Assembly: GCA_022560555.1 (NCBI GenBank)
Contig: JADFSZ010000108.1
Location: 1 to 6,138, forward strand
Direction: 5' to 3'
DNA: 6,138 bases
From: PVC group bacterium
Lineage (GTDB): Bacteria; GCA-001730085; JADFSZ01
Both the position numbers and the translations under genes were made by a program. The notes under the pieces are model-generated. The model had not been told where the DNA came from. It saw only the letters and a list, made by a program, of their open reading frames with translations, and searched no databases. Below, in pieces: positions 1 to 6,138 of the stretch. Numbering within the stretch: position 1 is the first letter of the stretch; every line of letters begins with the position of its first letter.

Positions 1-45
1 CTGCGGTACAATTTCCTTCTTATATTTTTCTCTTAATCGTGCCAT
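1..45 (-). CDS. rplE: 50S ribosomal protein uL5 (L5), N-terminal fragment truncated by the window edge
   Basis: The reverse complement of 1..45 reads ATG GCA CGA TTA AGA GAA AAA TAT AAG AAG GAA ATT GTA CCG CAG = MARLREKYKKEIVPQ. This matches the conserved uL5 N-terminus (M-x-R-L-K/R-E-K-Y...E-I-V-P). It lies 14 nt downstream of the rplX stop, as expected in the spc cluster. It is too short to appear in the ORF track. Confidence 0.85.
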   Translation of the reverse strand, partial: MARLREKYKKEIVPQ

Positions 46-59
46 GGCCGTTTTGCGAT

Positions 60-410
60 TTAAATCTCGATTTCCTTGCCGCGTTTTCTTATGACGCGAA
101 CCTTTTTACCGTCTTTTTCTTTCGTCCCCGCGCGTCCGGACGTACTACTTTTTTCATCCCAAAGCGTAAGGTTCGATATATGAATGGAACCTTCTTTTTC
201 AATAATGCCGCCTTTTTCATTTTGCTCACTCGGCCGCATAGCTTTTTTCACCATATTGAGACTTTGAACAAAAACACGCCCTCGCACCAAATCTATGCGA
301 AGAATTGTTCCCGTTTTTCCCTTTTCCTTGCCCGCGTTCACCACAACAACGTCATTTCTCTTTAATCTCGTTTTAAACTTTGACGATGCGTTATTTTTTT
401 TAAATATCAT
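60..410 (-). CDS. rplX: 50S ribosomal protein uL24 (L24)
   Basis: The 116-aa ORF has the KOW-type motif RLKRNDVVVVNAGKEKGKTG and the GGIIEKEGSIHISNL core typical of L24. ATG at 410..408 is preceded by AGGAAG, 7 nt upstream. It sits between rplN and rplE. There is no alternative in-frame start before the KOW motif, so the roughly 11-aa N-terminal extension appears real. Confidence 0.95.
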   Translation of the reverse strand: MIFKKNNASSKFKTRLKRNDVVVVNAGKEKGKTGTILRIDLVRGRVFVQSLNMVKKAMRPSEQNEKGGIIEKEGSIHISNLTLWDEKSSTSGRAGTKEKDGKKVRVIRKRGKEIEI

Positions 411-423
411 GTGTAATCTTCCT

Positions 424-792
424 TTAAACTACTTCCGGGGCTAACGATACGATTTTCATAAAATTTTTGTCGCGCAGCTCCCGGGCGACAGGACCAAAAA
501 TACGTGTTCCCCGCGGATTGTTCTTGTCATCAATAATCACAGCCGCATTTTTATCAAAACGTAGATAAGATCCGTCATCGCGCCTGGTAGGGCTTTTCGT
601 CCTCACGATAACCGCTTTCACGACTTCTCCCTTTTTGACCTGCCCTCCGGGAATCGCGACTTTAACGGAGCAAACGATAATGTCTCCGATACAAGCATAA
701 CGTCGTTTGGATCCGCCCAACACCTTAATACACCCAATAACTTTTGCGCCGCTATTATCGGCAACTCCCAATCTTGATTGCGCTTGAATCAC
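424..792 (-). CDS. rplN: 50S ribosomal protein uL14 (L14)
   Basis: The 122-aa ORF begins [17 protein letters not shown] and ends LAPEVV, a textbook L14 sequence and length. The start codon is GTG (792..790). It overlaps the rpsQ stop as GTGA. Confidence 0.97.
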   Translation of the reverse strand: MIQAQSRLGVADNSGAKVIGCIKVLGGSKRRYACIGDIIVCSVKVAIPGGQVKKGEVVKAVIVRTKSPTRRDDGSYLRFDKNAAVIIDDKNNPRGTRIFGPVARELRDKNFMKIVSLAPEVV

Positions 793-1094
793 ACTTTTTC
801 TCCGAGAGTTTCAGGTTTTTTAATTTCAGCTTCTTGGCGCAGTCTTTTCGCCTTTTGCAAAACTTTAACCAATCGCCACCGTTTGTCTTTCGATAATGGA
901 CGTGTCTCCATAATCAAAACTTTATCACCCTCGTTTGATGTGTTCTTTTCATCATGCGTTTTAAAATTTTTATAACGCTTTATCACCTTGCTGTATCGCG
1001 GGTGTTTCACGCGTGACTCAACGCGAACCACAATTGTTTTCTGCATCTTATCACTGACAACAACCCCTTTTTTCTGTCTTCGAATACCGCTCAT
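789..1094 (-). CDS. rpsQ: 30S ribosomal protein uS17 (S17)
   Basis: The 101-aa ORF contains [31 protein letters not shown] and [11 protein letters not shown], both conserved S17 motifs. Its ATG overlaps the rpmC stop (ATGA at 1094..1091). It has a C-terminal tail of about 19 aa beyond the E. coli-type end. Confidence 0.96.
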   Translation of the reverse strand: MSGIRRQKKGVVVSDKMQKTIVVRVESRVKHPRYSKVIKRYKNFKTHDEKNTSNEGDKVLIMETRPLSKDKRWRLVKVLQKAKRLRQEAEIKKPETLGEKV

Positions 1095-1309
1095 GACGAT
1101 TCCCCTCCGGGCGCGAACACATTTTTCTCATTCATTGAAGTCATAACTTTCGCGATATCTTTACGGATAGCCGAAAGCCTAGAAGTGTTTTCTAATTGTC
1201 CCGTTTTGTGCTGACAACGCAAATTAAAATATTCTTGCCGTAATTCCGACATTTTCTGTTTTCGCTCGTCTGCGGTTAGTTCTCTTATTTCTTTATATGT
1301 CGCCATCAT
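1091..1309 (-). CDS. rpmC: 50S ribosomal protein uL29 (L29)
   Basis: The 72-aa ORF contains ELRELT..E....L..L..E.FNLR.Q..TGQLEN......IRKDIAKV, the L29 signature. Tandem ATG ATG sits at 1309/1306, with AAGGA 5-8 nt upstream, so the start could be either codon. It sits between rplP and rpsQ. Confidence 0.94.
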   Translation of the reverse strand: MMATYKEIRELTADERKQKMSELRQEYFNLRCQHKTGQLENTSRLSAIRKDIAKVMTSMNEKNVFAPGGESS

Positions 1310-1327
1310 TCCCGTCCTTCAGTCTCT

Positions 1328-1741
1328 CTAGTGATGCCGGTACGCAAATTTAGTTTTTAATGACAATTTTTGGCTTGCCAGCCGCATCGCTTCCTTGGCA
1401 AGTTCCAAAGGAATACCGGCAACTTCAAATATTATTTTTCCGGGCTTAATTTTCGCCTCAAACCCTTCGGGATTCCCCTTCCCTTTTCCCATGCGCGTTT
1501 CTGCCGGTTTACGCGTAAAGGGTTGATCCGGAAAAATCCGAATCCAGATCTTTCCGCCTTTGCGTGTTGATCTGGTTAGAGCCACACGGGCCGCTTCAAT
1601 CTCCTTTTGATTGAGTCGCCCCGGAGACAAAGACTGAAGACCATATTCACCAAAAGCAACATAGGTTCCTGAAGTCGCTTTCCCCTTGGTCCGCCCTGTT
1701 TGAATTTTCCTATACTTTATTCTTTTTGGCGTGAGTGCCAT
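1328..1741 (-). CDS. rplP: 50S ribosomal protein uL16 (L16)
   Basis: The 137-aa ORF has the N-terminus [12 protein letters not shown] (conserved M-L-x-P-K-R-x-K-F/Y-R-K) and [15 protein letters not shown] at 1741..1739 is preceded by AGGAGG (1755..1750), 8 nt upstream. The start lies 32 nt inside the 3' end of rpsC. Confidence 0.96.
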   Translation of the reverse strand: MALTPKRIKYRKIQTGRTKGKATSGTYVAFGEYGLQSLSPGRLNQKEIEAARVALTRSTRKGGKIWIRIFPDQPFTRKPAETRMGKGKGNPEGFEAKIKPGKIIFEVAGIPLELAKEAMRLASQKLSLKTKFAYRHH

Positions 1742-2420
1742 TTTTTCGCCCTCCTGAAAAGGCTGCGTTCATGAGCTCTTGTCGATGCTCAAACCAATCT
1801 AAAATCTCGCCTTTATAAATCCAAACCTTGACCCCGATCAAGCCAAAAGTAGTTTTGGCTTCGGCAAACCCATAATCAATGTCCGCACGAAATGTATGTA
1901 AAGGAATCTTTCCCTCTTTATAGCCTTCTGATCTCGCAATTTCCGATCCTCCCAAACGACCGCTGCAGAGCACCTTAATCCCAAGGGCACCGTTCGTTAA
2001 AGACATTCTCATTGTTTTCTTAATCACACGTTTAAAGGAAGCCCTCTTCACCAATTGAGCGGCAATTCCTTCAGCCACTAACTGCGCGTTGATATGTTGA
2101 TTCTTAATTTCAACGATATCAATCAAAACCTCTTTTTCCGTAAATTGTCCGAGATCATCTTTTAATTTGTCCACTTCGGAACCTTTTCGTCCGATAATAA
2201 TTCCCGGTCGTGCCGTATGAATGATCACACGAACTTTTTCACCCATACGCTCAATCTCAACCTTGGGGACACCGGCAAAAGTCAATTTTTTCAATACATA
2301 ACGCCGGATTTTTAAATCTTCATGAAGAAGCGCCGCGTAATCCTTTTTTGAAAACCATCGTGATTGCCAATCCTTGGAGATGCCTATTCGTATACCGTAT
2401 GGGTGAATCTTTTGACCCAT
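1710..2420 (-). CDS. rpsC: 30S ribosomal protein uS3 (S3)
   Basis: The 236-aa ORF begins [23 protein letters not shown], has a KH-domain region ([13 protein letters not shown]) and [12 protein letters not shown]. This is the classic S3 sequence and length. The ATG directly follows the rplV stop (TAAATG). Confidence 0.97.
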   Translation of the reverse strand: MGQKIHPYGIRIGISKDWQSRWFSKKDYAALLHEDLKIRRYVLKKLTFAGVPKVEIERMGEKVRVIIHTARPGIIIGRKGSEVDKLKDDLGQFTEKEVLIDIVEIKNQHINAQLVAEGIAAQLVKRASFKRVIKKTMRMSLTNGALGIKVLCSGRLGGSEIARSEGYKEGKIPLHTFRADIDYGFAEAKTTFGLIGVKVWIYKGEILDWFEHRQELMNAAFSGGRKNGTHAKKNKV

Positions 2421-2825
2421 TTATGTCTCCCTCTCTTTTTTATGGCCTTGTTCGGCCTTGGACTCCGGCTCCGCAGTTTTTCCGGGAGAAATCTTCTTGT
2501 CTAATTCAATCGTAATATGACTTGTTCTTTTAATAATTTCTGTCGCGCGTCCCATCGCCCGGGGAAGAAATCTTTTAGAAGACGGGCCTTCATTCGCGTA
2601 TATACGGCTGATGAATAAAGTATTCGCGTCAACATCTTCTTCTTTGTTTTTAGCGTTGGCAACGGCCGATGTGAGAATTTCATGAAGAATGGATGCGGCG
2701 CGTTTTTTGGTGAATGTCAGGATATTGAAAGCATCATTCACGTTTTTGCCCCTTATCAGACCAAGAACCATCCGTACTTTATTCGGCGTAATACGCATAT
2801 ATTGTGCTTTGGCAACAGAAATCAT
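2421..2825 (-). CDS. rplV: 50S ribosomal protein uL22 (L22)
   Basis: The 134-aa ORF contains AKAQYMRITPNKVRMVLGLIRGK and PRAMGRATEIIKRTSHITIEL, both L22 signatures. It has a charged C-terminal tail of about 26 aa. It sits between rpsS and rpsC. Confidence 0.96.
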   Translation of the reverse strand: MISVAKAQYMRITPNKVRMVLGLIRGKNVNDAFNILTFTKKRAASILHEILTSAVANAKNKEEDVDANTLFISRIYANEGPSSKRFLPRAMGRATEIIKRTSHITIELDKKISPGKTAEPESKAEQGHKKERET

Positions 2826-2838
2826 CTTATGTCCCGTC

Positions 2839-3135
2839 TTATTTCTTCGGTGGCGGTTTTCCTTTATCGCCTTTACCGGTCACCGTATGCATCTTAAACG
2901 TTCGAGTAGGGGCAAACTCACCAAGCTTATGGCCAACCATATTTTCCGTAATGTAGACCGTGATAAACTTTCGTCCGTTATGAATATTAAAATTATGACC
3001 CACAAATTCCGGTGTGATTGTTGAACTACGCGCCCATGTTTTGATGCTCCTGGTTTCACCTGTACTCATTAATTTTTGAATTTTCTTGAGCAGCTTTTCA
3101 TCAACATACGGCCCCTTTTTAATTGAACGACTCAT
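2839..3135 (-). CDS. rpsS: 30S ribosomal protein uS19 (S19)
   Basis: The 98-aa ORF begins [18 protein letters not shown] and contains [28 protein letters not shown], a near-consensus S19 sequence. AGGAG lies 6 nt upstream of the ATG at 3135. Confidence 0.97.
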   Translation of the reverse strand: MSRSIKKGPYVDEKLLKKIQKLMSTGETRSIKTWARSSTITPEFVGHNFNIHNGRKFITVYITENMVGHKLGEFAPTRTFKMHTVTGKGDKGKPPPKK

Positions 3136-3158
3136 AAAATACTCCTATGCACCTGCCG

Positions 3159-4010
3159 TTAAGCAAGCCCTTTCTTTTTTAATCTTTTTGGGATACGGCG
3201 CTGTATAATATGCGAACTATCTTTTCTTTTGTCTCTTGTTTTGAGCCCTTTTGAGATCTGGCCCCAAAGAGAACAAGGATGACGTCCTCCGGCCGTTTTT
3301 CCTTCCCCACCGCCTAAAGGGTGGTCAACGGGGTTCATGGCACGTGGACGTGTTCTCGGGCGGCGTCCCTTCCAACGGGAATGTCCGGCTTTACCCCCAC
3401 AAATTCCGCGATGTTCACTATTCCCGACCTGTCCGATCGTCGCCCTACAATCCTGATGAATCAGACGTACTTCGCCGGACGGAAGCTTAATATGAACAGA
3501 CAAACCTTCCTTTGCCAAAACTTGAGCCTGAGTGCCTGCGCTTCTAACGAGTTTGGCACCGGCTCCTTTTCTCAGTTCAATATTATGAACAAACGTACCG
3601 GGAGGAATGTCTGATAATTTCATGGTGTTCCCAACATCAATGGGGATTTTCTCTCCCGATAAAACACGTCCGTTGACCCCAAGACCCTGCGGGGCCAGGA
3701 TATAACTCTTCTGGCCGTCCTGATACACCAATTGTGCGATACGGCTCGTTCGATTAGGATCATATTCAATGGATTCAACTCTACCGAAAATTGTATCCTT
3801 AGAGCGAACGAAATCAATTTCACGATATTTCCGTTTATGACCGCCTCCCAAACATTTCACCGTGAGGTGCCCATAATTATTGCGTCCGCCGGAACGCTTT
3901 ATGGGCTTCGTCAGACTTTTGAGCGGTGTTGACTTTGTAATTTCTTCAAACCCATGGCCCAAGCGGTGTCTGATGCCCGGACTCGTTGGTTTATATTTTT
4001 TTATAGCCAC
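3159..4010 (-). CDS. rplB: 50S ribosomal protein uL2 (L2)
   Basis: The 283-aa ORF contains MAIKKYKPTSPGIRH, GGGHKRKYR.IDF, IEYDPNRT..IA and AMNPVDHPLGGGEG, all L2 signatures. The start codon is GTG (4010..4008), with TAAGGAG 8 nt upstream overlapping the rplW stop. Confidence 0.96.
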   Translation of the reverse strand: MAIKKYKPTSPGIRHRLGHGFEEITKSTPLKSLTKPIKRSGGRNNYGHLTVKCLGGGHKRKYREIDFVRSKDTIFGRVESIEYDPNRTSRIAQLVYQDGQKSYILAPQGLGVNGRVLSGEKIPIDVGNTMKLSDIPPGTFVHNIELRKGAGAKLVRSAGTQAQVLAKEGLSVHIKLPSGEVRLIHQDCRATIGQVGNSEHRGICGGKAGHSRWKGRRPRTRPRAMNPVDHPLGGGEGKTAGGRHPCSLWGQISKGLKTRDKRKDSSHIIQRRIPKRLKKKGLA

Positions 4011-4022
4011 AAACGTATCTCC

Positions 4023-4304
4023 TTAAACAAACTCAATCTTTTCGCCTTTATGAAGTGTCACAATCGCTTTTTTCCACGAGGATGTCATCCCCGCTTGCTG
4101 GCGCATTCTTTTCATCTTCCCCCGGACATTCATCGTGTTCACATTTTTAACTTTTACTTTAAAAATATGCTGAACCGCTTTTTTAATATCAATCTTGTTT
4201 GCGTCCTTATGCACGCGAAAAACGTACTTTCCCTTCTCCTGAAGAGAAGTTCCTTTTTCCGTAACCGCCGGCGTAACTATTGTCTGATACACTGATCGAA
4301 TCAT
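4023..4304 (-). CDS. rplW: 50S ribosomal protein uL23 (L23)
   Basis: The 93-aa ORF contains P.VTEKGT......KYVFRV...ANK..IK.AV...F.VKV..VNT and KKAIVTL..G, the L23 pattern. It sits between rplD and rplB. Confidence 0.94.
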   Translation of the reverse strand: MIRSVYQTIVTPAVTEKGTSLQEKGKYVFRVHKDANKIDIKKAVQHIFKVKVKNVNTMNVRGKMKRMRQQAGMTSSWKKAIVTLHKGEKIEFV

Positions 4305-4316
4305 ATTAAAACTCTC

Positions 4317-4976
4317 TTATGATTGGGGCGTCTTCGCATGCATTCGATGTATCGGAGCTTTGAGCCTGTCTGTTAAATCCAGTATAGCTTCTTTGGTAAA
4401 AACAACGTGTTTTAGCTCTAAAAGATGAAGCGCGTTGATGTCTTTTACTTCTTTTAGCTTAATTTTCTTTAAATTTTTTGCCGAATGATACAAATTCCCT
4501 TCGATTTTTCTGACCACAACAAGCGCGTTTGAAGCCACTTCTATATTGGCCAACAATTGAGAAAAATTCTTACTACTGACCTCTTTTATTTCAAGCGCTT
4601 CCAGGATTCTGAGAGATTTATCTTGAACAATCACTCTTAAAGCGGACTGACATGCAAGACGCTTAACTTTTCTCGGTAACGTTCTTCGATAGCTTCTCGG
4701 GGTCGGCCCAAAAACGACTCCGCCGCCTCTCCAAATAGGTGAAGACGCCCGCCCGGCACGCGCGTTACCTGTGCCCTTTTGCCGCCAAGGCTTGGCCGTG
4801 CTTTTCGCAATTTCTCCCCGCTCTTTTGTATCCGCCGAACCTTGTCTCTTGTTCCCTCGATAAATTTTAATACTCTCGGCAAGGACAGACCGGTGAGGTT
4901 TTCCGGAAAAAACACCATCATCGAGATCAACGGATCCGACGACTTTCCCGCTTTGATTCACAACATCCCATTTCAT
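4317..4976 (-). CDS. rplD: 50S ribosomal protein uL4 (L4)
   Basis: The 219-aa ORF contains KPWRQKGTGNARAGRASSPIWRGGGVVFGP, the diagnostic L4 loop motif. ATG is at 4976, 10 nt after the rplC stop. Confidence 0.96.
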   Translation of the reverse strand: MKWDVVNQSGKVVGSVDLDDGVFSGKPHRSVLAESIKIYRGNKRQGSADTKERGEIAKSTAKPWRQKGTGNARAGRASSPIWRGGGVVFGPTPRSYRRTLPRKVKRLACQSALRVIVQDKSLRILEALEIKEVSSKNFSQLLANIEVASNALVVVRKIEGNLYHSAKNLKKIKLKEVKDINALHLLELKHVVFTKEAILDLTDRLKAPIHRMHAKTPQS

Positions 4977-4986
4977 AAATCACGCA

Positions 4987-5655
4987 TTACACTTTCTTTT
5001 TTGACGTATTGAGCTTTTTGACTGCTTGCCTGATCATCACCACGTTGTTTATTTTACCCGGCACGGATCCTTCAATATAAATTAAACCCTCGGACTTTTT
5101 AATATGGGCCACTCTTAGGCTCTGAACAGTCACGTCCTTGCCTCCCATACGTCCGGGCATCTTTTTGCCCCTTTTAATGTTCCCAGGGTTCGTTCCTGCT
5201 CCGGCACTTCCCATATGGCGTGTCCAGCGATGTCCATGGCTGGCTTTGAGTCCTGAAAAATTATGACGCTTCACCACACCCTGAAACCCTTTTCCGATTG
5301 TTTGCCCCGTGATATCAACATAATCGTTGGGTTGAAAAATATCTACTTCAATATCTTGGCCGACTTCATAGTTGTCCACATTGTCCAGGCGAATTTCACG
5401 AATAACTTTCTTCGGCGTAACTTTATGCTTTTTAAAGTGCCCAAGCTCCGGTTTGTTTAATCGCGATTCCAATACATCCAGAAATCCAATTTGAAGAGCG
5501 TTATACCCATCCACGGCCTCTTCTTTCTTTCGGATCACGGAACAAGGGCCGGCTTTGAGCAATGTCACAGGAATAATGGTTCCGTCTTCGCGGAACAATT
5601 GTGTCATTCCGATTTTTTTCGCTAATATTCCCATTCGATTCATGTCACTCACCAT
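4987..5655 (-). CDS. rplC: 50S ribosomal protein uL3 (L3); start codon uncertain (5655, 5643 or 5634)
   Basis: The ORF contains GILAKKIGMTQLF, NALQIGF, GKGFQGVVKRHNF and KKMPGRMGG..VTVQSL.V, all L3 signatures. There are three in-frame ATGs. ATG 5655 is 3 nt after the rpsJ stop, which suggests termination-reinitiation coupling, but it has no SD. ATG 5643 gives MNRMGILAKK, the more typical N-terminal length, and has a weak GGTGAG upstream. ATG 5634 gives MGILAKK. The maximal extent is reported. Confidence 0.93.
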   Translation of the reverse strand: MVSDMNRMGILAKKIGMTQLFREDGTIIPVTLLKAGPCSVIRKKEEAVDGYNALQIGFLDVLESRLNKPELGHFKKHKVTPKKVIREIRLDNVDNYEVGQDIEVDIFQPNDYVDITGQTIGKGFQGVVKRHNFSGLKASHGHRWTRHMGSAGAGTNPGNIKRGKKMPGRMGGKDVTVQSLRVAHIKKSEGLIYIEGSVPGKINNVVMIRQAVKKLNTSKKKV

Positions 5656-5658
5656 CTG

Positions 5659-5979
5659 TTATAACTTAATTTCAATATCCACTCCGGCCGGCATATTAAG
5701 CTTCATGAGAGCATCAACTGTTTTTGCCGTCGGGTTGACGATATCAATCAAACGCTTATGCGTGCGCATCTCAAACTGTTCGCGTGACGTTTTATTCACA
5801 TGCGGGCTTCTTAAGACACAAAATTTCTCGATTTTTGTCGGTAACGGCACCGGTCCTATCACGTAAGCTCCTGTGTTTTTCGCCGTGTCAACAATATCTT
5901 TCGTAGATTGATCAAGAGAGCGGCAATCATAGCCTCTTAAACGTATTCGAATCACTTGCTGTTTAACTTTTGTAGTCAT
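5659..5979 (-). CDS. rpsJ: 30S ribosomal protein uS10 (S10)
   Basis: The 106-aa product [18 protein letters not shown]...[25 protein letters not shown]...[25 protein letters not shown] is a near-consensus S10 sequence of standard length. ATG at 5979..5977 is preceded by GGAG (5988..5985). The 136-aa ORF in the track adds 30 hydrophobic, non-homologous residues that read through the leader, so I trimmed it. Confidence 0.93.
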   Translation of the reverse strand: MTTKVKQQVIRIRLRGYDCRSLDQSTKDIVDTAKNTGAYVIGPVPLPTKIEKFCVLRSPHVNKTSREQFEMRTHKRLIDIVNPTAKTVDALMKLNMPAGVDIEIKL

Positions 5980-6091
5980 TATCACTCCGTAATTTGTAAA
6001 TGGTACTTGGTAAATGGTTGAAAACTGTAAAGAATAACTTATAAATAGAAACAAAAGCCTTTCAACCAATTACAATTTACGATTTCCCACT
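5980..6091 (-). promoter_or_regulatory. tuf-rpsJ intergenic leader (112 nt, AT-rich), the probable 5' regulatory region of the S10 cluster
   Basis: This is the only substantial non-coding stretch in the window. It is bounded by the tuf stop (TAA, 6094..6092) and the rpsJ ATG (5979). It contains promoter-like hexamers, inverted repeats and a 9-nt direct repeat (see findings). No GC-rich hairpin followed by a T-tract is visible after tuf. Confidence 0.5.
6038..6065 (-). promoter_or_regulatory. candidate sigma-70-type promoter for the S10 cluster
   Basis: On the minus strand, TTGAAA (6065..6060) is separated by 16 nt from TATAAG (6043..6038). Each hexamer matches its consensus (TTGACA, TATAAT) at 5 of 6 positions. 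This would place a TSS near 6031 and give a leader of about 50 nt. The call rests on the hexamer match alone, in AT-rich DNA where such matches arise by chance. Confidence 0.3.
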
Positions 6092-6138
6092 TTACTCCAA
6101 AATCTCCGTAACAACACCCGCGCCCACGGTCCGCCCGC
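6092..6138 (-). CDS. tuf: elongation factor Tu, C-terminal fragment truncated by the window edge
   Basis: The reverse complement of 6092..6136 reads GGG CGG ACC GTG GGC GCG GGT GTT GTT ACG GAG ATT TTG GAG TAA = GRTVGAGVVTEILE*. This is the conserved EF-Tu C-terminus (..GGRTVGAGVV......). tuf immediately upstream of rpsJ is the common str-S10 arrangement. Confidence 0.85.
   Translation of the reverse strand, partial: GRTVGAGVVTEILE

Noticed and set aside
393-404. An A8 run (TTT AAA AAA AAT, minus strand) at codons 3-6 of rplX formally matches an A_AAA_AAT slippery heptamer. A similar A7 run lies at the start of rplB (about 3996..4002).
   Set aside because: It sits at the extreme 5' end of the gene and has no downstream stimulatory structure. 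There is no alternative-frame ORF that a frameshift could feed into. The runs simply encode consecutive Lys residues in basic N-termini.
2443-2462. The short tandem GGCCTTG..GGCCTTG (atggccttgttcggccttgg) lies in the L22 tail-coding region.
   Set aside because: There are only two 7-nt copies, and they lie inside coding sequence that encodes part of the low-complexity tail. This is too short to be a meaningful repeat element.
4637-4930. A 97-aa ORF lies on the same strand as rplD in an alternative frame. Similar cases are 3620..3823 inside rplB and 2501..2683 inside rplV.
   Set aside because: They are fully nested in highly conserved genes and have no SD or recognisable domain. The rplD-nested one spans the locally GC-rich Gly/Arg-coding part of L4, where stop codons are rare in every frame. 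An overlapping gene cannot be ruled out without analysing synonymous-site constraint, but nothing in the sequence supports one.
39-5866. Twelve plus-strand ORFs of 65-113 aa are in the track: 39..365, 778..975, 1370..1570, 2682..2897, 2689..3024, 3251..3490, 3321..3614, 3732..3932, 3954..4295, 4779..5012, 5263..5460 and 5555..5866.
   Set aside because: Each lies entirely antisense to a confidently identified ribosomal-protein gene. Their translations are Phe/Leu/Arg-rich and low in complexity, which is the complement of Lys/Glu-rich codons, and show no recognisable motifs. They also lack convincing SD sequences. These are the shadow ORFs expected opposite genes with strongly biased codon usage.
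5980-6069. The ORF track extends rpsJ by 30 codons at the N-terminus ([30 protein letters not shown]).
   Set aside because: The extension is hydrophobic and unrelated to S10. It reads through the AT-rich leader and the candidate promoter, and it has no SD. The internal ATG at 5979 gives the standard-length S10 and has GGAG upstream.
6066-6091. I looked for a rho-independent terminator downstream of tuf.
   Set aside because: No GC-rich stem followed by a U-tract is present. The only T-run (GGCTTTTGTTT, 6059..6049) is not preceded by a stable hairpin. tuf therefore probably reads through into the S10 cluster or uses another termination mode.
1-6138. I searched the whole window for accessory or novel systems: defence genes, toxin-antitoxin pairs, CRISPR repeats, integrase or transposase genes, tRNA or other structured-RNA genes, and long repeats.
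   Set aside because: Fourteen canonical translation genes account for essentially every base outside the 112-nt leader. All other intergenic gaps are 23 nt or shorter, and no repeat periodicity or tRNA-like cloverleaf segment was seen. This is ordinary core-genome sequence.

Overview
The window is a single, densely packed ribosomal-protein gene cluster on the minus strand. Reading in the direction of transcription (high to low coordinates), it holds the last 15 codons of tuf (EF-Tu), a 112-nt AT-rich leader, and then rpsJ-rplC-rplD-rplW-rplB-rpsS-rplV-rpsC-rplP-rpmC-rpsQ (S10 cluster). This runs without a break into rplN-rplX and the first 15 codons of rplE (spc cluster), which the window edge cuts off. 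Gene order is fully canonical. Each product is recognisable from its universally conserved motifs. Apart from the leader, no gap between genes exceeds 23 nt, and several genes abut or overlap (ATGA, GTGA, TAAATG, and one 32-nt overlap). Every plus-strand ORF in the track is an antisense shadow of a Lys/Arg-rich ribosomal gene. I found no tRNA, rRNA, CRISPR array, mobile element, large repeat or accessory cargo, and there is no room for one. I see no evidence of a novel biological system; this is ordinary core-genome sequence. Four modest observations are worth a second look. The tuf-rpsJ leader has promoter-like hexamers and nested or alternative inverted and direct repeats. uL2 is divergent, with Leu at the second His of the DHPHGGGEG motif. 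rpsC and rplP overlap by 32 nt, with a strong SD inside rpsC. Several of the proteins carry charged terminal extensions. The lineage cannot be assigned from the sequence alone. It is AT-leaning, and the proteins are clearly bacterial but diverge from the E. coli and B. subtilis versions.
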